From NCBI GenBank assembly GCA_902802825.1, contig CADCNV010000001.1:567-64566 (forward strand): a DNA stretch of 64,000 nt, read 5' to 3'. Below the pieces are notes generated by a model that saw only the letters and a list, made by a program, of their open reading frames with translations, made no database searches and had not been told where the DNA came from. The position numbers and the translations under genes are program-made. Shown here piece by piece: positions 1-8,355 of the stretch (its first letter is position 1; each line of letters opens with the position of its first letter). The stretch is from an uncultured bacterium (GTDB lineage Bacteria; Cyanobacteriota; Vampirovibrionia; Gastranaerophilales; Gastranaerophilaceae).

Positions 1-1
1 A

Positions 2-1207
2 GAAAGCATATATAGTACGAGTACGAAATATACTCCGAGCAGTGTTGCAAAGGATTGTTGTGCAGGGAGTGGTAAAGGTTTAGTGCAGACCGCTTCGAAT
101 TGGCAGAAGTATTGTTGCGGAATGATAAATAGTGAACATAGTTGGTCGTTTCCAATGAGTGGTTCGAATGGTTCTTGTTGTGAGAAGCGTAAAACTTCAA
201 ATACGGGTGTTTATGTATACGATCCTTATTATATAGATCATGCTTGCCCTGCGGGCGGGGAGAAGAATGCATGTTCGGCTTATGGTTATGCTGCCTTTGG
301 CTTTGTATGTCAAAATGATGATAAATGTAGTGCCTGGAAATCATTCCCGAATGATGTAAGTTTATCTGACAGTGAAAAGCAATCCTGTTGTTATGGGAGT
401 GATCACCCTCAATGTAAACCAAGCTGCGAAGTTGCAGGTGCCTGGGGCGAAATGAATTGTTGGCGAAGTGGTGAAAACTTTATATGCGAAGCAAAAGGGT
501 ATTCTCCGGCAGGAGCTTTCCCATTATTTGTCAATGGTGGTCAATATTCTTACGGATTCCCAACAAATAGTCCTACTTCCTATGCAGCTCAGCAATCTAG
601 GGCGATACCAAAGGATTTTACGTCTGTACCTGTTGGAGTATTTTATCCTTCAAATAATGCTCCGACAGGTACAGTTTCAGCTTCAGGTCTCAACACTTGC
701 TACGGTTTTACGGCTAAGTTTTCTGTTTCAAACAGTTGCGTATTAAGTGGTTCAATTACTTCAAATTATCAGGGAGACGGTTGTCCAAAAGTTTGTTCGA
801 CTTCATCTTTCACATTAAATTGTTCCGGAACTTATACAAATAATTCTTCATATTATCCGAATATACTCGGCACGAATGTTCATTGCCAAGCATCAGGTTG
901 TCCCGGTGTCGAAAATTCATATACTCCGTACGTTGGAAAAAGTGTTTGGGGTGCTGTTTTCTATACGAAATCTGAGTTATCTAATGGCAGTTATCTATAC
1001 GAGAGTGGATCCTATGCTTTAACAGATGGTGATACTAAAGAATGGGATTGGCGAGGAACGTGGAATGGTGCTGCTATTCAAAAATGTCAAATTGTTCAGG
1101 GGAATAAAGGAAGCGGGCAAACTTTGAAAACTGTTCAAGCGGATTGTGATGGCGGGCCATGTACGAATGGTAAAACCCCTAATCATTGTTCTATTTCATA
1201 TCCTTAA
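2..1207 (+). CDS. Cys-rich hypothetical protein; 5' end lies outside the window
   Basis: The frame of ORF 83..1207 stays open back to base 2, so the listed GTG start is probably internal. About 25 Cys including several CC pairs. Rich in Gly, Ser, Thr, Tyr and Asn. No family recognised. Confidence 0.5.
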   Translation, partial: ESIYSTSTKYTPSSVAKDCCAGSGKGLVQTASNWQKYCCGMINSEHSWSFPMSGSNGSCCEKRKTSNTGVYVYDPYYIDHACPAGGEKNACSAYGYAAFGFVCQNDDKCSAWKSFPNDVSLSDSEKQSCCYGSDHPQCKPSCEVAGAWGEMNCWRSGENFICEAKGYSPAGAFPLFVNGGQYSYGFPTNSPTSYAAQQSRAIPKDFTSVPVGVFYPSNNAPTGTVSASGLNTCYGFTAKFSVSNSCVLSGSITSNYQGDGCPKVCSTSSFTLNCSGTYTNNSSYYPNILGTNVHCQASGCPGVENSYTPYVGKSVWGAVFYTKSELSNGSYLYESGSYALTDGDTKEWDWRGTWNGAAIQKCQIVQGNKGSGQTLKTVQADCDGGPCTNGKTPNHCSISYP

Positions 1208-1214
1208 TAAGCTT

Positions 1215-1235
1215 GTAGGTTGGGTGGAACCCAAC
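1215..1235 (+). repeat. GTAGGTTGG-type hairpin repeat (copy a)
   Basis: gtag + gttggg / tggaa / cccaac. It is preceded by agcttgtag, as is copy b. Confidence 0.7.
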
Positions 1236-1292
1236 AATAATAGTGTCGGTTCGTAATCTGCTTTCAGGGTCTATTCATTTCATTAAATTGAT

Positions 1293-1320
1293 AGATTCTG
1301 AAACAAGTTCAGAATGACAA
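1293..1320 (+). repeat. 28-nt hairpin repeat agattctgaaacaagttcagaatgacaa
   Basis: Stem attctgaa/ttcagaat with loop acaag. The identical 28-mer recurs at 24403-24430. Confidence 0.8.
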
Positions 1321-1328
1321 TATAGCTT

Positions 1329-1352
1329 GTAGGTTGGGCATACCTGCCCAAC
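1329..1352 (+). repeat. GTAGGTTGG-type hairpin repeat (copy b)
   Basis: gtag + gttgggca / tacc / tgcccaac. Confidence 0.7.
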
Positions 1353-1393
1353 ATGTAAGTGATGTAATTCACATCCAATCCAAACCTTCCCCA

Positions 1394-1431
1394 TAAAAAA
1401 ATGGGTTTGATAAAATACCAAACCCATTTTC
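1394..1431. terminator. Bidirectional intrinsic terminator
   Basis: A-run, then aatgggtttg / ataaaatac / caaacccatt, then T-run. It lies between convergent genes. Confidence 0.7.
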
Positions 1432-1448
1432 ATTATGATATTTAATTA

Positions 1449-3608
1449 TTAGTGGCAGCAAGTGCAAGTTGTGCCACAGCCAAATTGTTCTTTTGCTGCA
1501 GTCATATTAACTTTGATTCTGCCGTCAACAGCGATACCTTCACCTGTTTTTTCAGAAATTAACAATGGGTTAATATCCAATTCAGTGATGAAGCTGAAGT
1601 CTGAAACTAATTGAGATAATCTCAAAATTGTTTCTTCAATTTGTTCCATTTGTGCAGGAGTTGTACCTCTTGCGCCTTCTAACAGTTTGTATGCTTTTAC
1701 TGATTTAATCATTTCTTTTGCATCAACGTCAGTTAAAGGTGCAATTCTGAATGTTACGTCTTTCATAACTTCGATAAATACACCGCCTAAACCGAACATC
1801 ATCATATGACCGTATTGAGGATCTGTTGCAACACCGCAAACCATTTCACGGTTGCCTTTAACCATTTCCTGTATGATTACACCTTCCAAACCGTCTAACA
1901 AACCTTTTGCTTCAAGTTTAGAAATAAGGTCTTGATATTCTGCTCTCAATTGTTCAGCTGACTGAATGTTTACTCTTACACCGCCAACATCTGTTTTGTG
2001 AGAAGTTGTTTTTGATGTCATTTTCATAACAACAGGGTAGCCGATTGAATCTGCAATAGATACTGCCTGATCTTCAGTTGTTGCAAATCCGGATTTGCAA
2101 ACTCTGATTCCGTATGCATCCAATACATCAATTGATTCTCTTGTTGTTAATTGTTCTCTTCCGTCAGCAATTGATTGTTTAATAATTGATTCTGCTTTTG
2201 CCTTATCAACGTTATAAGACGGAATTTTACCTTCCGGTCTTTCAATCCATAATCTTTGTTGATTTAATCTGTGTAAGCCCTCTGCAGCTTCTTCAGCATA
2301 CATAAAGAACGGAATATTAACATCCATATCAGATAATGCTGTGAAGAATTCTGATTTAGTCATAAATACACCGATAACCGGTTTTTGTGGATTCTTTGCC
2401 TTAATTTCCATCAATGCTTTAGCAACATCAATATCTTTCAGACCCAAGAACGGTAAGTAAATACAAATAATCATATCAACATTTTCATCAGCAATAACTG
2501 TTTCTAATGTTTGCTTGTAGTGTTCGATAGGAGCAGATGCAATCATATCGATTGGGTTTTTAACAGATGCAGCTGATGGTAAGAAGCTTCTCAATTTATC
2601 TTTTGTAGCGTCTGTAATTTTAGCAATCTGCATACCGTATTCGCAAACAGCATCAGTTGCCATAATCCCAGGTCCGCCTGAGTTTGTAATGATTGCAACT
2701 CTGTCACCCTTTGGGATAGGGCAGTTTGCAAAAACTTTAGCGGTTGAGAATAAGTTCTTTAATGAGTATTCTCTGATTACACCTGACTGATTTAATAAAG
2801 CGTTAGCGGCTTTATCAGCACCTGCTAAAGAACCGGTGTGAGAAGATGCAGCGCTTGCACCTGCTGCTGATCTACCTGCTTTTAATGCCAAAATAGGTTT
2901 TTTCTTAGAAATTCTTGTTGCTAATTTTCTAAAGTTAGCAGGATTTTGAATGGATTCCATATATAAAAGAATCTGTTCAACGTCTTGTTCATTTTCCCAG
3001 TATTCCAAAGCTGTTTCCGCGTTAACATCTGCCTGGTTACCGATTGAAATGAATTGAGCAAAGCCCAAGTTTAAGTCTTTTAAGATATTTAAAATACCGC
3101 CGCCTAATGCGCCTGATTGTGAAACGAATCCGATGTGACCTCTTTCAGGAAGTGATTCAGCAAAGCATCCGTCCATAGAAATTTCAGGTAATGTATTTAC
3201 AACACCTAAGCAGTTAGGCCCAACGCATCTCATACCGTATTCCTGAACTTTAGCTAATAATGCTTTTTCTGCCTCAGCACCTTCTTTGCCTGTTTCTTTA
3301 AAGCCGGCAGTGATGATACAAAGACCTTTGATACCTTTTTGGTGGCACTGATCAATTGTGTCTAAAACGAATTTAGCGTTAACAACGATGATTGCCAAAT
3401 CGATTTCTCCCGGGACTTCCAAAACAGAAGTATATGCCTGTAAACCTTCAATAATACCGCCTTTTGGGTTAATCGGGTAAATATTACCTTTGAATTTGTA
3501 TTCTTGAAGTCTTTTCATGATGTCAGAACCGATTGTGTGTTCTTTTGTAGAAGCACCAACAACCGCAATTGACTTTGGTTTCATAATTTTGTCTAAATTT
3601 GCTGTCAT
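1449..3608 (-). CDS. Acetate--CoA ligase (ADP-forming), fused alpha/beta subunits
   Basis: N-terminal CoA-binding/succinyl-CoA-synthetase-like flavodoxin domains (VVGAS..., NPKGG, GPNCLG, SQSGA, HTGSLAG) plus a C-terminal ATP-grasp domain. 719 aa. Unusual C-terminal tail GCGTTCTCCH. Confidence 0.85.
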   Translation of the reverse strand: MTANLDKIMKPKSIAVVGASTKEHTIGSDIMKRLQEYKFKGNIYPINPKGGIIEGLQAYTSVLEVPGEIDLAIIVVNAKFVLDTIDQCHQKGIKGLCIITAGFKETGKEGAEAEKALLAKVQEYGMRCVGPNCLGVVNTLPEISMDGCFAESLPERGHIGFVSQSGALGGGILNILKDLNLGFAQFISIGNQADVNAETALEYWENEQDVEQILLYMESIQNPANFRKLATRISKKKPILALKAGRSAAGASAASSHTGSLAGADKAANALLNQSGVIREYSLKNLFSTAKVFANCPIPKGDRVAIITNSGGPGIMATDAVCEYGMQIAKITDATKDKLRSFLPSAASVKNPIDMIASAPIEHYKQTLETVIADENVDMIICIYLPFLGLKDIDVAKALMEIKAKNPQKPVIGVFMTKSEFFTALSDMDVNIPFFMYAEEAAEGLHRLNQQRLWIERPEGKIPSYNVDKAKAESIIKQSIADGREQLTTRESIDVLDAYGIRVCKSGFATTEDQAVSIADSIGYPVVMKMTSKTTSHKTDVGGVRVNIQSAEQLRAEYQDLISKLEAKGLLDGLEGVIIQEMVKGNREMVCGVATDPQYGHMMMFGLGGVFIEVMKDVTFRIAPLTDVDAKEMIKSVKAYKLLEGARGTTPAQMEQIEETILRLSQLVSDFSFITELDINPLLISEKTGEGIAVDGRIKVNMTAAKEQFGCGTTCTCCH

Positions 3609-3680
3609 GTTCTTATCCTTTCTTGTTTGATAGTAATATTATATAATAAACATTGATAAACAAACATAATTTTTGGGGTA

Positions 3681-4151
3681 ATTTACATAAATCATATTAT
3701 AGGAATATGTTTGAGAAATAATATTTCTCTTTGTTCACTTTTCTTTTTGATTGCGACGCAAAAAGAAAAGTGAACCGAAAAGAAAAACACGCTATGGTAC
3801 AATACTGCCTTACGGCAGCATAAGACCGCTTCCGCGGTAATATGTGTTTTTGCCTTTCAGGCAAAAATCTCTTAGCGCTGCTAAAACTACGCAGCGCACT
3901 AGGGAAGTTTTCATCAAAGGCGCCGTTGTTTTAGGCGCCTGATAGATTTTTGTCCGTTAGGACAAAAACGTATGCTCGTCCTAAGACTTATATCTTAAGT
4001 GCGTGGCGATGCCGGCAGGCATTGCTGTGCTTTAGCGTTTTTCTCTTTCTTGGTTCTATTCTTTCTCTTTTCATCGCAAGAAAAGAGAAAGAATGAACAA
4101 AAAGAAATTTTCAATCTCTCAATATATTCCTATAATATGATTTATGTAAAT
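3681..4151. mobile_element. Foldback MITE/BIME-like element A (471 bp) with a perfect 28-bp TIR and an internal hairpin mosaic
   Basis: 3681-3708 is the exact reverse complement of 4124-4151. About 10 GC-rich stem-loops lie between them. The two arms are inverted copies with compensatory stem changes. Confidence 0.7.
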
Positions 4152-4157
4152 ATTATG

Positions 4158-5453
4158 TTATTTTACATAATATTTACGCAATTTTGTAATCATAACAAGG
4201 CATAATATTACTGACGAACTCAAAAGCCCTATCCAAAAACCTTTTAAGTACATTTTCAAATGTAACCCGAGATAACAACCCAAAGGAATTGATACGCACC
4301 AATAGGCAATAAAGTTTGCAAGCATAATGATTTTTGTTTGTTTAATTCCTTTACAAATCCCCGAAAGCGAAATTTGTAATCCGTCAAAAATCTGATAACC
4401 CGCCAAAATTACCATTACAGGAAGTACAATCTGATACAATTTTGGGTCCGGGGTGAAAATTGAAACGATAAATTTTGGCAATGATAAATAAACAAGTGCG
4501 CAAATTGTCATAAATGATAGTGACATTCCGATACCTGCAAATGAATATTTTTTAAAGTCGTAAAAGTTCCCTGAACCGTTTGCAAAACCGACTTTTACCG
4601 CAATACCGTTTGAAATTGCAAATGGTATCATAAATGTCATGTTTACCAAAGTTATTAAAATATTTTGTCCTGCTGCATAAATTCCTGCAATCCTTCCCAT
4701 TAAAACTGCAACGATATTAAATGCGACAAATTCAACAAGTATAGCTATGGCAATCGGCAATCCGATTTTTAAAAGGGCCTTGTAGTAGCCCTTTTCGTGG
4801 AAATTTCTCAGCTCCATAATTTTGTGGCAGTAAATTAAAAGAGCAAATCCCATAAAATATCTTACGATAAAACTTGAAACGGCAAGTCCGATAACCCCCA
4901 TTGACGGGATTATTCCCCAGCCAAAAACAAAAATTATATTAAGTGCAAGATTTAAAAATACGCTGAAAATGGTTACTAAATTAGGAAATAATACGATTTC
5001 AAATGCCTGTAAAAATTCTTTTAAACTGTGATGTAAACCGCCGCCAAAAGTTGAAAATGCGCTTATCAGCATATAATCCTGAATCGGCTTAACAAGTTTT
5101 TGCTCAAATCCGATGTGCGGAATAATCGGTATAAATAAAAGAATTAGCAAACATGAAACCCCTGCAAGCCAAAGAGCAAATCTTATTGACGGATAAAAAT
5201 ATCTTTTTATCGGCTTCCCTTCTCCGTTGTAGTTTGATAATAGCGGAGAAATGCTTGCAGTTAATCCGATTGCAAGAGTCATAATGCAGTTTACTATTGC
5301 CGCCGCAAGACTGATTGCGGCAAAGGTATCTGTCGAATGCCGACCGGCAACGATTATATCCCCAATGCCGATAAAAATAAATCCGACGTTGCCGAGTATG
5401 ATCGGGAATGCGATTTTTAAAAGTTCTTTTATATAATAAATCGGCTTGTGCAT
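4158..5453 (-). CDS. MATE family efflux transporter
   Basis: 431 aa, about 12 TM segments, typical MATE N-terminus (LLKIAFPIILGN...). Confidence 0.8.
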   Translation of the reverse strand: MHKPIYYIKELLKIAFPIILGNVGFIFIGIGDIIVAGRHSTDTFAAISLAAAIVNCIMTLAIGLTASISPLLSNYNGEGKPIKRYFYPSIRFALWLAGVSCLLILLFIPIIPHIGFEQKLVKPIQDYMLISAFSTFGGGLHHSLKEFLQAFEIVLFPNLVTIFSVFLNLALNIIFVFGWGIIPSMGVIGLAVSSFIVRYFMGFALLIYCHKIMELRNFHEKGYYKALLKIGLPIAIAILVEFVAFNIVAVLMGRIAGIYAAGQNILITLVNMTFMIPFAISNGIAVKVGFANGSGNFYDFKKYSFAGIGMSLSFMTICALVYLSLPKFIVSIFTPDPKLYQIVLPVMVILAGYQIFDGLQISLSGICKGIKQTKIIMLANFIAYWCVSIPLGCYLGLHLKMYLKGFWIGLLSSSVILCLVMITKLRKYYVK

Positions 5454-5465
5454 AGTTTGATTTTA

Positions 5466-5496
5466 GCATAAAAATAAGGTGCAAAAATTGCACCTT
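5466..5496 (-). terminator. Intrinsic terminator after rplT
   Basis: aaggtgcaa / aaa / ttgcacctt, followed on the minus strand by atttttat. Confidence 0.6.
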
Positions 5497-5522
5497 ACTC
5501 TTATTATTTTTATTTTATGTAA

Positions 5523-5867
5523 CTATTTTGAAACTGTTTCAAAAATTACATCAAATGCTTCAGAATCTCTTACTGCCATATCAGCAAGCATTTTTCTGTT
5601 TACAACAACATTTGCTTTTTTGCATGCATTTACGAATTTTGAATAGCTCATACCGCGTTGTCTTACTGCTGCGTTGATTCTTACAATCCACAATCTTCTC
5701 ATATTGCGTTTTGTAGTACGACGATCTCTGTAAGCATACTTAAGTGCTTTCATTACAGCGATGTTTGCTACTTTAAAGATTCTGCTTCTTGCACCAATAA
5801 AACCTTTAGCAAGTTTTAATATTTTTTTGTGCCTTTTAACACCGGCACTACCACGTCTAATTCTCAT
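5523..5867 (-). CDS. rplT: 50S ribosomal protein L20
   Basis: 114 aa. [23 protein letters not shown]...YAYRDRR is a canonical L20 sequence. Confidence 0.95.
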   Translation of the reverse strand: MRIRRGSAGVKRHKKILKLAKGFIGARSRIFKVANIAVMKALKYAYRDRRTTKRNMRRLWIVRINAAVRQRGMSYSKFVNACKKANVVVNRKMLADMAVRDSEAFDVIFETVSK

Positions 5868-5878
5868 TTTTCATGCTC

Positions 5879-6088
5879 CTATCTTGAATACTTCTTGTAT
5901 GGTAACTCTTTAGATACCAGTGCTACATGTGACTCAGAAACGTCAACCATCTTGAAAATTCTGCGTTTTCTTGATGCTGACTTGTGTTGGAGCAAGTGGC
6001 CGATGCCTGCTTGTCTTTTCATAATTTTGCCGCTTGCAGTAACTTTATAACGTTTTGCTGCGGATCTGTGTGTTTTTAATTTTGGCAT
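5879..6088 (-). CDS. rpmI: 50S ribosomal protein L35
   Basis: 69 aa. MPKLKTHRSAAKRYKVTASGKI... An aaggag SD lies upstream. No infC precedes it. Confidence 0.95.
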   Translation of the reverse strand: MPKLKTHRSAAKRYKVTASGKIMKRQAGIGHLLQHKSASRKRRIFKMVDVSESHVALVSKELPYKKYSR

Positions 6089-6109
6089 TTCGTTTCTCCT
6101 TTTTTGTTT

Positions 6110-6133
6110 GTTGGCGCATCAACGCCAACCTAC
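6110..6133 (-). repeat. GTAGGTTGG-type hairpin (copy c) in the rpmI leader
   Basis: The minus strand reads gtag gttggcg ttgatg cgccaac. The hairpin base lies 21 nt upstream of the rpmI ATG, just before the SD. Confidence 0.7.
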
Positions 6134-6342
6134 GTACATCTTCTTCGCTTCATAGGCATACCAAGGCCTATTTCGGCTGTGTGTTCATATTAGTATGAAC
6201 ATATTTCTTTTGCAATAGGTTTATTCCAAATTTTGAATCACAACCTTTATAATGTAACAATTCCTTAACAATAACCAATAATTTTCTAAAGTTTTAATTA
6301 AATATGCCGATTATTCATTTGTAAGGAAACAAGGGATTAACT

Positions 6343-6873
6343 ATGAGTCTTAATGTAAATTATACTTCTCTATACAAAAATGGCATTGACAGATCAATGC
6401 TTAAAGAAGTTTCTCAGGAGATTCTTAATCGTGCGGCTCAAAAAAGTGCTGCTTATACAAATAACATCACTTCTAATGCACAAGTTGGTTCTTTGGCTAA
6501 ACCTGAATTGGGGATTGATTTATATAACGGGAAAGTTGATGTACAAGCACAAAAACAAATAGCTTTAAATAATACCTTACAATTTCAGTTAAATGCTGAC
6601 ACATTGAAATCTATTCAATTTTTAAATTCTCAGGCAGCAATTTCATCAAAGATTGATGGAAAGTATATGCCAAATGTAAATGCAAGCGCAATTGTTCCGG
6701 AAGCTCAAAAAACTTCTGAGGCAAACAAATCTCAGTTTATGAGTATATTTACATCTGAAACAGCAAAAGACAAAAACGGTTCTAATCCTTTTTATGGCGG
6801 GGAATTACTTATGAATAACAATAATCCTAAAAAGGAAGAAACCAAAAACGAATTAAAAAGCATTTTTGCTTAA
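6343..6873 (+). CDS. Hypothetical protein (Asn/Gln/Ser-rich, no signal peptide)
   Basis: 176-aa ORF with an aagg SD-like sequence upstream and a terminator downstream. No family recognised. Confidence 0.55.
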   Translation: MSLNVNYTSLYKNGIDRSMLKEVSQEILNRAAQKSAAYTNNITSNAQVGSLAKPELGIDLYNGKVDVQAQKQIALNNTLQFQLNADTLKSIQFLNSQAAISSKIDGKYMPNVNASAIVPEAQKTSEANKSQFMSIFTSETAKDKNGSNPFYGGELLMNNNNPKKEETKNELKSIFA

Positions 6874-6926
6874 TTATAAATCCTCGTATTGAGGGCATCA
6901 CAAGTGTTTACAAGAAAGTGTATATA

Positions 6927-6958
6927 ATATCTTCTCTAACAGGAGAAGATATTTTTTT
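6927..6958 (+). terminator. Intrinsic terminator
   Basis: atatcttctc / taacag / gagaagatat followed by ttttttt. Confidence 0.75.
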
Positions 6959-7002
6959 ATCCTGTTGGCGAATTATATTTTTCATGTTATGGGTAATTAT
7001 AG

Positions 7003-7482
7003 CTACATAAAACATATTATCGGTATGTATGTTTTGACAAACTACCTTGCCCCATTTCTTTGACCGCAAAGAAACGGGGCGCAAAGAAACTCCCCGACCT
7101 GAACTACGTTCGCTAATCATTTGTACGCCCTCGCATTAAGTGAATACGGCTTACGTCTAATATCCTCTGCTCGGGCTATGCTCCACATTCAGGCGAGATA
7201 ACTCACTATCGTTCAGACAAATCCCGCCTTGTTGTCGTGTCGCAAACAATGATTGCTCACTTCGTAAAGGTCGGAAATCTTACAGGTGTGCGGGGCGTTG
7301 TCCTTAGCCCCGCTAAGAGATTTTTGCCCCAAGGCAAAAATACATATTACCACGAAGTGGTCTTATGCTGCCGTAAGGCAGTATTGTACCCTAGCGTGTT
7401 TTTCTTTTTTGGTTCGTTTTTTCTTTTTGCTTCAAGACAAAAAGAAAAAATGAACAATATACCAATAATATGTTTTATGTAG
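7003..7482. mobile_element. Foldback MITE/BIME-like element B (480 bp), same TIR family as element A
   Basis: ctacataaaacatattatcggtat (7003-7026) against ataccaataatatgttttatgtag (7459-7482) matches 23/24 as an inverted repeat. 7311-7405 is the reverse complement of about 95 nt of element A. Confidence 0.7.
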
Positions 7483-7506
7483 TCAGGCAAAATGAGGATT
7501 TATACT

Positions 7507-7971
7507 ATGAAAAAAGAAAACATTTGGTTTGTTGCGGCTTGCGCATTGTTTTTTATCGGAGGTTATACAATGAATGATGTTGCTATTTCACTTCCCCGCT
7601 ATAAAGTCGCTGTTGTTGATATTACAAAAGTTATGGAGCAGTCTAATGATATAAAAAATCTTAAAGCAAGTCAGGACAAACAATTAAAAGAACTCCAAAC
7701 GCTGATTTCAAAAGCTCAAAATGAAATTGCAAATACTCAGGATGAACAAAAAGCAGTTCAGTTGCAGGCAAATTACAGTAAAGAAATTGAAACAAAAAGA
7801 AATGCAATAGATGAAGAATACAGCAAAAAAATTGTTCAAATAACATCAAACATAAAAAATCTTGTAGCTACACAGGCCAAAAAGGCGGATTATAATCTTG
7901 TCCTGCCGACAGGAATGGTAATTTCCGGAGGTGAAGATATTACTGATAATGTTTTAAAAGAAATGCAATAA
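7507..7971 (+). CDS. Skp/OmpH-like periplasmic chaperone
   Basis: Signal/anchor segment then a coiled coil (VAVVDITKVMEQS...). ATG 7507 has a gagga SD 8 nt upstream. The listed start at 7492 is less likely. Confidence 0.7.
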   Translation: MKKENIWFVAACALFFIGGYTMNDVAISLPRYKVAVVDITKVMEQSNDIKNLKASQDKQLKELQTLISKAQNEIANTQDEQKAVQLQANYSKEIETKRNAIDEEYSKKIVQITSNIKNLVATQAKKADYNLVLPTGMVISGGEDITDNVLKEMQ

Positions 7972-7974
7972 TTT

Positions 7975-8355
7975 TTAGCTAATAATAATTCTGTAAATTG
8001 GCGGAATAAATAATAAAGCCCCTATCATTAACGCAACAACAGTTACAATCATAACTGCTCCTGCTGCAATATCTTTTGCCATTCCGACCATGCGGGAATA
8101 TTTGTTGTGGTAAATTGAGTCAAGTGCAAATTCTATTGCTGAATTCATCATTTCAGACGAAATAACCATTACTATTGTCAGTAACAATATGCAAAACTTT
8201 ACCGTTGAAAAATGCAGTGCAAATCCCAATGCAAGTGCAAATGCTCCGCATAAAATATGTACTCTGATATTCTGTTCGCTTTTTAATGATAAGCGCATAC
8301 CCTTGCGGGCGTTTCTAAAGGTGTTTATAAAACCCTGTGATTTATATTTTGTCAT
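7975..8355 (-). CDS. dgkA: Diacylglycerol/undecaprenol kinase family protein
   Basis: 126 aa, 3 TM segments, motifs SEQNIRVH and SSEMMNSAIE...AKDIAAGAV. Confidence 0.85.
   Translation of the reverse strand: MTKYKSQGFINTFRNARKGMRLSLKSEQNIRVHILCGAFALALGFALHFSTVKFCILLLTIVMVISSEMMNSAIEFALDSIYHNKYSRMVGMAKDIAAGAVMIVTVVALMIGALLFIPPIYRIIIS

Noticed and set aside
3735-4100. tRNA or other known-RNA genes among the clustered GC-rich hairpins of elements A-D.
   Set aside because: No cloverleaf arrangement, no T-loop (GGTTCGAATCC-like) and no acceptor-stem pairing. No RNase P, SRP or tmRNA signature strings are visible anywhere in the window.
3999-4205. 68-aa ORF, and similarly 7237..7482, 19914..20126, 23040..23225 and 25777..26322.
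   Set aside because: They lie entirely within the hairpin-repeat elements. They have no SD and their composition is set by the palindromes (for example FFSFLVLFFLFSSQEKRKNE). They are translations of repeats, not genes.
6089-6342. L20-binding translational operator or leader upstream of rpmI-rplT.
   Set aside because: Hairpins exist (ataggc...gcctat at 6152-6172, gttcata...tatgaac at 6182-6201). I cannot show the L20/23S-mimic pseudoknot from sequence alone, and infC is absent. This is left as unproven.
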